DNA from: Diplonema japonicum
Lineage: Eukaryota; Protista; Euglenozoa: Diplonemea
Direction: 5' to 3'
Assembly (NCBI GenBank): GCA_964019335.1
Contig: OZ025651.1
Coordinates: forward strand, 434,001 to 498,000
DNA: 64,000 nucleotides
Within the stretch, counting starts at the first letter, position 1, and every line of letters begins with the position of its first letter. A model generated the notes under the pieces. The model searched no databases and was not told the DNA's origin. It saw only the letters and a list, made by a program, of their open reading frames with translations. Positions 31,024-39,969 of the stretch are shown in pieces. The position numbers and the translations under genes are program-made.

Positions 31024-31611
31024 TTTTATTTCACGACACTCTGAAATTACTTCACCACGAGGGGCACAACAGGGTGACAAGGGGTACAACAAGAGAGGGG
31101 TACAAAGGTTACAATACACGTTGTTTTCCCTCCTTTTGTTGACTAAGAGCTGCCGCTGTCGCTGGCATTCTCTAATCAGGCCTTCCCATACCTGGCGCGG
31201 CCGCTGGCTCCTTTTTTGCTGCTGCTTCGGTATTTTGAAGTCTTTTGGGGAGCTTGGGTAAGCTGACTAAGTTACCCTTACCCACAGAAGAGTTACCCCC
31301 AGAAACTGGGAACAAGGCCTAGCCAAAAGTGGGCAAATTGGGAGGAAAAAGTAGTCCAACTTGGAACTGAGCCGAGGCAAAAGTTGGCCAATTGAGCTGA
31401 ACCTGGGGGGAAATAGCAAACTGAGAAGAAAAAGTAGCCCCACTGGGAACCGAACCGAGGCAAAAATTGGCCTACCGAGGCATATTATTTACCGGAAACC
31501 CCCTATTACTTCACGGAAAACAGGCCATTATTTCACCGTGAAGTAATGAGATTTAGCGTGAAGTAATGGGCCCCCTAGTGCGTGAAGTAATTTCTGAAGA
31601 GTGAAATAAAA
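31024..31611. mobile_element. Non-autonomous TIR element (~590 bp) with subterminal motif arrays
   Basis: Imperfect ~42-bp TIRs (31024-31065 and 31570-31611); about 8 copies of ATTAYTTCAC/GTGAARTAAT; 45-bp direct repeats at 31345-31389 and 31428-31472. Confidence 0.6.
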
Positions 31612-32065
31612 AAAAAAGGGGGGCGGGGGGCCGTGTATGTTAGTGTGTTCCCATCGACTGTTTCTGATGTCAACGACGTCGATGGGCACACCTCAACCCA
31701 GCGAAGCATTCTTAAATTGACCCTCAAGTCAAGGGGGGGAGGGTGATAGATCTCGAGCTGCTGTTGCGGGTGCGGTATTACTGGCTCAAGGTCGGAAACA
31801 CCCCGCATAATCTTGTCTTTAGATGATCGAAACGACCACACCCCCTCCACAACATAAGGAGTTTTTTAAAAGAAAAAGGGGAGAAAAAAAAGGAAAGAAG
31901 AACAATTGAGAAACGAAGTCAATAAGACTTGTGGAAACAAGTTTTTTCTGAGTCGTATTCCTGAAAGAAGGTGAGACACCATAACACAGCCCGCCTGAAA
32001 TGATGTCCCGCGCGTGCAATGATACTTTTACTTTTTTTGTTTGTTTGTGTTGTTTGTTCCCCCTC

Positions 32066-33253
32066 TCAAGGGCTTCTTAGTGCTAGCAAATCAGACCCAC
32101 TGGCATCGATGTACAGAGCACAATCGGTAGCGAGAATAACAGCACACTTATTGTCTTTGCAAAAAGACAGTAAATTGAGGACAAGGCAGTCAATGCCGAT
32201 GCAAGGATCTCTCGCCCTCAGGGTTCCTTTATGTTGGCCGTCCCACTCCACAAACCCAAACAGGGGAATGGTTGCTAGTACGTCAAATATTTCAACTGGT
32301 ACATTTTCAGAGAATTGAATGTGGACGGTGCCAGTGGGTGCCGCCTTGTATGAAACAGAAAAAAGGTGTGCGGGGAAGTTTAAAACAGGAAACGCCATGT
32401 GCTGTGGTTTCTTCTTAGCGGGGGAGAAGGGAAGGATGCATTTCTCATGCGACTCCCACGCGGATACAAAATTCTGCCCGATGATGGCAATGGGCATTGC
32501 CATACACAGTATCCCAAATAACATGCAAATGCACGCAGCAACCTTTCCCCAGGCAGTTCGTGGGCTGACATCGCCATAACCAACGGTTGTCATTGTCACC
32601 AGTGCCCACCACATTGTTTCAGGTATACTTTTAAACCCAGATGCTTCAACACGAACACCTGTAGAACTGTCTGTTATGAAATATTTCCCCGACTCCTCAT
32701 CGTACGTGCCTTGCTCAATCGCGTGTAGAACAGACGAGAATACAATCAATCCTATCGATAGGAAGAACAAAGGGATTGTCAGTGCTGAGACGGATCCTTT
32801 CAAGGCGGCTACTAAAACATCACTGCCTCCGAATGCCTTCCCCAGCTTGAACACGCGGAAAACTCGCGCAAGACGGACTACTCTTATGAACCGAAGGTTC
32901 ACAGTCGTCATCACCGCCAGCTCGAAATAATACGGTATTATTGCAAGCAGGTCCACCACGTTCATAGGCCTGTAAGGGTACGTCTTCGGGCTTGGATCAA
33001 CCGCCCATCTTGCGATGAACTCTGCTGTGAAAAAACCTATGAAAACGGACTCCAACACAAACCAGACCTCCTCGCTTGCCAGCCCGGGACACGACTCGGC
33101 TATGAACACCCCCGTCGACCCAAGGACCATGCATAGCGAAATGACGGCGTACACTGCAGCATACGGACTGCTCGTCGGGTCTCTGAAGAATAAACAGACA
33201 AGTTCCTTTCGACTGCGTTCCGGTTTGACCTCGCAAAATAGGTTATCGATCAT
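32066..33253 (-). CDS. Voltage-gated (Kv/Shaker-like, 6TM) potassium channel; 3' end uncertain
   Basis: S4 RFIRVVRLARVFRVFKL; pore WWALVTMTTVGYGD; S6 MPIAIIGQNF. Confidence 0.9.
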   Translation of the reverse strand: MIDNLFCEVKPERSRKELVCLFFRDPTSSPYAAVYAVISLCMVLGSTGVFIAESCPGLASEEVWFVLESVFIGFFTAEFIARWAVDPSPKTYPYRPMNVVDLLAIIPYYFELAVMTTVNLRFIRVVRLARVFRVFKLGKAFGGSDVLVAALKGSVSALTIPLFFLSIGLIVFSSVLHAIEQGTYDEESGKYFITDSSTGVRVEASGFKSIPETMWWALVTMTTVGYGDVSPRTAWGKVAACICMLFGILCMAMPIAIIGQNFVSAWESHEKCILPFSPAKKKPQHMAFPVLNFPAHLFSVSYKAAPTGTVHIQFSENVPVEIFDVLATIPLFGFVEWDGQHKGTLRARDPCIGIDCLVLNLLSFCKDNKCAVILATDCALYIDASGSDLLALRSP

Positions 33254-33367
33254 GGTTTTTTTTTGTGATATTAGTAGAGGGGGGAGGGGGGAGGGGACAC
33301 CCCTCTTTTCTTTTTTGAAAAGAAAAACCATGAGAAAAAAAATAAAAATTTGGGGGGGGTTTTGGAA

Positions 33368-33907
33368 TTAATATTTAACAGAAACCATGTAAGATTTAAA
33401 CAGCCCGACGCAAATGGAAACGCAGAGCATGATGCAGGCTGTGAGTGTGCCGGGCTCCATCGTGGAAAATATGGAACGGATGCTGGTGGGTGGCGGGGTG
33501 GTTTCACTGTTTTTGGCGCCCGGGTCCAACGGGTTGTGTTTGTTCTGCCCGGTTGTCCAGGAGTTGAAGGCCGTGTCGGGGGCGTCCTTAGGAGGTTTGG
33601 GGTCGTCTGCTAACAACAAGGCTCTCCAAGAGACTCCAGACCTTTCTTTCTTCAAGCTCAATACCGCCGTTGTCTTCCCATCTGCGCTGCGCTCCAGCTG
33701 CCAATTTGACTCTTCTGGGTCAATGGGGTGACACAATTCCACGTCTTTCAAATATTCTTGCTCGCTAAGCCCCAACGTCACAACACGTTTAGATAACTTG
33801 AAAGAAATGTTCCGGGATTTAACGTCGCCTGACCCCAAGGGAACCTGCACCTCTAGCTCATCCGCTGTTTGGTTCCAAGTGCAACGCCCGTGTTGGGAGT
33901 ACGGCAT
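33368..33907 (-). CDS. CS/p23 (NudC-like) domain protein with a C-terminal transmembrane anchor (179 aa)
   Basis: WNQTADELEVQVP...LCHPIDPEESNW...LSLKK...W; hydrophobic C-terminal segment. Confidence 0.85.
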   Translation of the reverse strand: MPYSQHGRCTWNQTADELEVQVPLGSGDVKSRNISFKLSKRVVTLGLSEQEYLKDVELCHPIDPEESNWQLERSADGKTTAVLSLKKERSGVSWRALLLADDPKPPKDAPDTAFNSWTTGQNKHNPLDPGAKNSETTPPPTSIRSIFSTMEPGTLTACIMLCVSICVGLFKSYMVSVKY

Positions 33908-33993
33908 TCTTATTATTTTTCTTTCTTTGTAGCCTAAAAAAAAACGATCATGAACCGAATGGGGGGAGGGGAGAGGGGAAAAAAAAAAAAAAG

Positions 33994-34275
33994 CTACTCC
34001 ACCTTGATGGCGTCCTCCTTGTCCCCGTGCCCGGTTTTATACGAAATATCTTCCCATTTCGACGGGTCTGGCGGTTTATATTCGTTCACCTGTTTGTAAT
34101 CGTTTCCTTTGTGGTGTGCGCTGCTGCTGTAGAACATGAAGGCCGTCATCATGAACAAGGAGACTAGTAACGAAGGCATGTCTAAGTTCTTTGCCGATGC
34201 CCACGAGTTCCCCCCGCCGCCCGTCTGCGCCTTGGCCTTCCCTACAAATCCCTTTACGATGGTTCTGCGAAGCAT
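33994..34275 (-). CDS. Small single-pass membrane protein, probably mitochondrial (93 aa)
   Basis: MLRRT-type presequence, one hydrophobic helix. Confidence 0.65.
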   Translation of the reverse strand: MLRRTIVKGFVGKAKAQTGGGGNSWASAKNLDMPSLLVSLFMMTAFMFYSSSAHHKGNDYKQVNEYKPPDPSKWEDISYKTGHGDKEDAIKVE

Positions 34276-34383
34276 CTCTCTGTCTTACCCAACCCACCCC
34301 CACCACCAACCCACCACCTCTGTCTTCCGTATAAAAAGGCGCACGCATTTATAATCAAAAAAAAAAAAAAAAAAACACTTTGG

Positions 34384-34415
<32 letters not shown>

Positions 34416-34436
34416 ACTTTGGTATGATACTTCCTT

Positions 34437-35423
34437 CTACACATGGTCAGCACCATGCTTTGCAATCACCACGCCCCCACCTCGGGTGCCGCATGCTATC
34501 AAAGGGTAGAGGACTGACATTGTTGTAGTGGGTGAAGGAAGCCCTTCTGCAGGAGGGCGGTACACCAACACCGAAGACGAAATAGTTGGCGTGCAAGGCA
34601 CCACGTCCGACAGCGAACAGTGATGGATAGTGGAGTGATACGAGGAAACAAAGAAGCTAGAAGGGGTACAAAGCGCAAGGGTGGTCGGGTGTGAAGTGGG
34701 GAGTGGACAGTGCGACGAAAATTTCGCTGCCCGAAGATCATAAATTGAAAGAGAACCCTCACTCGCCCCTTTGCAACCAATAAGAAGCTCTTGCTGGTCA
34801 GCCCGTATATCGGCACAGGTAGCCCCCATACTGAGCTTCACAGTGTCGACGAGTTTCTCTGTTCTGCTGTCCCACAGCAAGGCGCACCCCCGGCCAACAA
34901 CACAGTACAAAGACTGTGCTGCATTTGTGATACTGAAAATTTTTGTTTGACACATTTGAGGTACGCTTCCCACATGGCTCACAGTGCTGCTCATCGAGCC
35001 GTCAAGAGAGATCATCCCCACGCCCCCTACATCTGTACCAATGATTACCTTGTCTCTTGCGGGTGTTGTACATATGGCTGAAACACCTGTTGCGGACACG
35101 TTTATGTTCTGTACTTTGGCCAGTGTGCTGGGTGTTGTTGGTTCTTTACTTGTGGGATCGATGGCTAGTTTTAATATCTCGCCTTTTGTGGTTCCCGCTA
35201 CTTCCCCGCCGGCTCCAAAACAACTGATCTCACCGTTTATTCCCAATGTTCCTCTCTTTACCGTAGTGCTTCCGTCCAGCTCATAGAGGTGTAGTTCGCC
35301 GTCCACTGTCTCGTCTGTGGTCGTCCCCGCCCATAGGAGCGGGCCGTCATTTCCCGAAGGTTGGTACCCTTCCAGGAATGCAACGCTCCTTAGATGTGAC
35401 AGGAAGCGTGGGGGCTCCATCAT
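34437..35423 (-). CDS. Divergent WD40/beta-propeller protein (328 aa)
   Basis: LLWDSR and SIYDLR repeat ends; beta-rich pattern. Confidence 0.7.
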   Translation of the reverse strand: MMEPPRFLSHLRSVAFLEGYQPSGNDGPLLWAGTTTDETVDGELHLYELDGSTTVKRGTLGINGEISCFGAGGEVAGTTKGEILKLAIDPTSKEPTTPSTLAKVQNINVSATGVSAICTTPARDKVIIGTDVGGVGMISLDGSMSSTVSHVGSVPQMCQTKIFSITNAAQSLYCVVGRGCALLWDSRTEKLVDTVKLSMGATCADIRADQQELLIGCKGASEGSLSIYDLRAAKFSSHCPLPTSHPTTLALCTPSSFFVSSYHSTIHHCSLSDVVPCTPTISSSVLVYRPPAEGLPSPTTTMSVLYPLIACGTRGGGVVIAKHGADHV

Positions 35424-36619
35424 ATTCCCCTTTTAATGTTTTTGTTAGATGAAGGGACGGTAAAAAAAAAAGAAAAAAAGAAAGAAAGAAAAAGAAAATG
35501 TTGAGGAAAATAAAAGAGGGGGAAAAAAAAAAAAAGAACGGATGGAGGAGAAACAGTAACTGTCACTAAGAGAGGAATTAAGAGAAGGGAGAGAGGGAGG
35601 AGTTGTCAGCCGCGCGCTTAAAAACGGCGCGGTTTTCCTTTTAATTTGATTTTTTTTTCTTTTTTTGTTCTGAGAATGAGAAGTTGTATCTGGCAGGACG
35701 CATACAATACAAAAAAAAGGGGGGGTGGAGCCTGATTACTTCACAATTAACATTTACCCGTGCACGAGGTATATTATCTAATAGAATTTACTCATTTCGC
35801 TGTTAACAAAAAAAAAAAAGAAAAATAAGAAAGAAAGAAAAAAAACTCGATAACAGTTTACTGTAAAGGAAAAAGAATTGCCGGGGAAACTTCCGTGCTG
35901 ACAAAATCACCAGATAAAAAAGATTCTAGTGCGCCTTCTAAAAAAAGATTTTTTTTTCAGGACAGAAGATCTTAAGAAAATTTGGACACTTGTCAGCCCG
36001 GCACTTTTCATTTTTAGTATTTATCAAAGGTTTTCATTGAAAACTGTATGAAACAAAACAAAAAAAAAAAAAAAAAAAAGAAAAAAAGAAAAATAAATCT
36101 GGGTTAACACGAGTAGAGGTAGAAAAAAAAAAAATCGATAAAGTTTCAGTGCAGGGGGGTGTTCACTATTCAAGAGGAAATTCACATTTATCGGCCACCT
36201 TACTGCAGATGCTGTCTGGTGCCTGCTGTGGCTGCTCGTCGCTAGGGCGAGAAACAGTACAGAATTAAAAAAAAAAAAAAAAGAAAGAAAAGAAAAAAGA
36301 GTCAACTGCATGCTGTTTTCACCTACACGGGCGAACTGACATGCTTCTACTCTTTTTTGCAATAGCATTTCTTTTAGAAAAAAAAGAAATGGTGAAGATA
36401 TAATATTAATTAAGAGGTTATTTGGTTGTGTGCAGCAGAACTGTGTTGAATTGCTGGCTGCGTTTTCAATTGAAGGGGAAAATAATGGCTTATGTCTTTT
36501 GTTTCACACGAGCAAAGGGAAAAAAAAAACTTTTTTTTTCCTTTGCCCGGCCACAAAGTTGCATAAGGTAATAAAATTCATTGGCATTGGATACTTTGCC
36601 CCTCCTCAATTTTTACTTC

Positions 36620-36659
<40 letters not shown>

Positions 36660-37334
36660 GCGAATGAATTAAATTTAGAAGAGAACAAAAATAAAATCTT
36701 TTTTTTTTCCCCAGATAAAACAAGTTTCTTTTGTAGGAAAAAAAAAAAAAAAAAAAAAAAAGTGCCGTCATCCTGCTGGCAGAGGCGAGGGACTTTAACT
36801 CTGAACGGATACTAGCCTGTCCTGCAATCTTTCACAATAATCCGCTTCGGGTTTTCATCCCAACTGTATGCACTGTGCCTTGGGGGGGAGGGGGGGTTGT
36901 AAGTTTAATAACATTAGAACTGCTAACGAGAATACGTAGCATTTTTTTAATTCGTTTATTTCTCTTTTTTTTTGTTCACATTCTTCAGTGTAACATGTGT
37001 TATGTCACCTCATTAGAAATCACACCTTTTTTTTTTTTTTTCCCCTCTCCGCTCAGTTCACATTGTGGATTCACAGCATTGACTCCCCACGGGTGGTGTG
37101 CTGGCAGCCGGTGCTGACGAGGGGAGTATACTTGTATTGTGTGCACGGGGTATCTTACCTAGTAAGAAAATAGCCCATTGTGTTTCCCACCAACTAATTT
37201 TAAGTTTCAACAATAATATTTGTTTTAACACAAAAACAAAAAAAGAGGGCACACTGAATCCTTGGCAGAGGGCTGCGACTCAAAAGGCAAAGTGGGTCAC
37301 CTTTTCGTCAAACAAATGTATTAAAAGCTCTTTT

Positions 37335-37385
<51 letters not shown>

Positions 37386-38095
37386 CCCTTAGTTTATTAC
37401 ATAAACATAAAAAGAACAAACCAAAACAATAACATAAAAGAATTTTTTTTGATTTTTTAACGTCAAGGTGACAAATCGAACAACACTCCAAGTGTACCAG
37501 TGTTTGTAGCCAAACGACACATTGGAGTGAGTTCCAACCTGTGCGGCACCACCTCTCAGACATGGCGTGCCTGGTCCCCGTTTCCTCGCGGTAGGGTGGG
37601 GGGGCATCTTTTTCTTTTGCCGAAGCCAAACGCGATCCATGTTACCCCTGTTTTGAAAGGTCTGTTTATGCCAAGTGACAGTCGCTCGCCGCATGGTTTG
37701 CCTGATTCCTGTTTCTCCGCCGAGCACCGTCACCTGACACAAACTTCCCTGTTATGACTCGCTTAAGGGGAGGTGTCGTTGCGCACCTAGACCCGGCCAA
37801 AGGTCTTGCTGCCCCTTTAAAGAAAGAAACGTGACAAAGAAGATTCTTTGACAGTCTAACCCTTAAATAAAAAGGGCTGGCGGAGTGAGAGATAATGAAG
37901 AAAAAAAATAAAGGATGAAAGGCTCTCCTGTGTTTAAGTGTCAGGAGTAGAAACAATTCGAGGGGAGGGGAGGGGAGGAAGGTACAGGAAAGGAAAGACA
38001 AGATGTCGAGAGTTGAGGGAGGAAAAAAAGGGGGGGGAAAGGAAGAGGACAGAGGGGAAGAAAAAAAAAACGGAAGAAGAAAAAAAAAAAAAAAA

Positions 38096-39763
38096 CTCAA
38101 AGTACAGGACAAGCCCCCCGCTAGAGGGCCGCCCTATGGGAGGGGGGGGTCTATCTGTTAATACTCCCCTTCTGGAGCATTGCTTTCATCCCGATCGTGG
38201 CTGTGAGCGTCTTGCGAAGTCGAGTGATGCGTTCCCGCTTGTAGGCGGCCTTCAAATCCATCAGCTTGTCGTGCGTGGACTGGGTAGCAAAAATGGGCCT
38301 CCTGGAGAAGCCTATAGCTGCCTTCTGGTGCCAGGGGGGCTCCTTTGACTCGTACCTGCATGCGGGCTAAGGTAGGGGACTTCTCCGGCGATCACCCGTC
38401 TCAGGCAGTAGGGCTCGTCAAGCGCTCTGGACACTACCTTCAGGGAGTGGTATATCACATAGGAGAGGGGGTCGCTGGTGTGCCCCTTCAAGAGGACCGT
38501 GTTGACCGCGGTTGGAGATCGTCCACGATGATGCGGGCCCCACAGATTGCATGTTACCCTCGTTGACAACTTCTTGAGTGTCTCGTCACATGGGAGAGAG
38601 AACGGCCCGCTGTAGAGGCATGACGGGAGTACTGTCGTGCTGACCATGTGTGCTTTGGTCTCGAAAGCTAATCTCGTGCACCCTAGCCGGTCTAGTGAGT
38701 CAAGTGCATCCGTGGATGGTCTGTTCCATTTCGTTCCTGTCCTGCGCGTGTTGATCCTCACGCCAAGCCCTTTGAAGTCCGTCACTGTCTTGTAAGGTAC
38801 AGCAACTACCGAGCCTTTCCTAATCGCCGTACGGTCTCCTACGACTCTCGACTTGTAACCCTCTGCGGTGCCAAAGCCAACCGTCTTTTCCTCGTTGACC
38901 TTCATGCCAGTCAGGTCGCAGAACTCCAGAGTCCCTTCGACCGCTGCTTGTAGGGAGTCGCGTAGCTTCGCTAACAGGTAAGCGTCGTCGGCATATGCTA
39001 GCACCTCGGCGTCCGGCGCTACTTGCTCGATGGCCCGTATCATGATGGAGAGCAGGGCGTTGATGACAATGACCGACAACGGGCACCCTTGGAGGATTCC
39101 GTTTGTGGCCTCAAATGTGTCACCTACTCCTATGGGGTACTTGAACCTCCTTGTGATCTGGGAATACATCCCCTGGAGTGCTTTCCCTATGGACTCGTCC
39201 ATCCCCAGGGCGTTCATGAGGTCAAGTGACAGCTGTTGTGGGACTAGGTCGAAGCACTTTCGAAAATCCAGGGCTAGTCCCTCCAGAGGCTCTCCTTCCA
39301 CCAAAGCCAGCTCCAGCTTGGTACACAGTTCCATGAGGGCTGTTGCTCGTACTGTGCTTGGGCCTAAACCCGTGCTGTCTCGGCGTGATCCAACGTTCCT
39401 GCCAGTCAAGGACATCCTTCAGCCTCGTACACGCCCACAAGCGGTAGATGGTGCTGGTCACTGTGATGGGTCGGTGGTTCAGCGGTGCTGACCCTTCACC
39501 CTTTGGTATCAGTGACACCGTGGGCTGTCGTGATCTGTCTCGGCCACTGGCCCGTCTCCTCAATCAGGTTGAAGAGGTCTGCGAAGGCCTTCAGGATGCT
39601 CACCGGGAGACGTTTCAGCTCACTCATTCGCCAGCCGTCTACGCCTGTCGCGTTCTTTACTTCCAATATTTGTATTTTCTTTTCAACCGTTACTGAGTGA
39701 AACTTTATTGGCACGGTCGGACACCCATAAAGTACAGAAACTGTAGCTTTAGAATCGTTGGTG
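38096..39763 (-). mobile_element. Non-LTR retroposon family A, copy 3: SL-headed, internally deleted
   Basis: Near-identical to copy 2 in three blocks, with deletions at 38321-38324 and ~38413; SL at the 5' end; T16 at the 3' end. Confidence 0.92.
39725..39763 (-). other. Genomic spliced-leader exon copy (CACCAACGATTCTAAAGCTACAGTTTCTGTACTTTATGG)
   Basis: Differs at only a few positions from the diplonemid SL as I recall it (AACCAACGATTTAAAAGCTACAGTTTCTGTACTTTATTG); contains the euglenozoan core CAGTTTCTGTACTTTAT. Confidence 0.9.
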
Positions 39764-39969
39764 GAAAAAAAAACAGAGAGCGGTATGAGTTTGCAGAACA
39801 CCACACAAGTTTTTTTTTTTCTTTCTTTTTGTCGTCGTTTTCTTCCCCCCTCCCTTCAAAAATTTCCTTTTTTAAAATTCTTCTCCTTGTTAAAGAAGAA
39901 GAAATCGCAATACAAAAGAGGAGAATGATTTTGATTTTATTTTATTTTATTTTTTGTTTACTTTTTCTT

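Noticed and set aside
31290-31611. CRISPR-like repeat/spacer array
   Set aside because: Eukaryotic context, degenerate repeats in both orientations, irregular spacing, no cas genes.
39646-39763. Functional SL RNA gene (a GT follows the 39-mer)
   Set aside because: The donor reads GTGTCC rather than GTATG, I see no Sm-like site or T-run terminator, there is no tandem array, and the sequence runs into RT; not fully excluded without the real SL gene.
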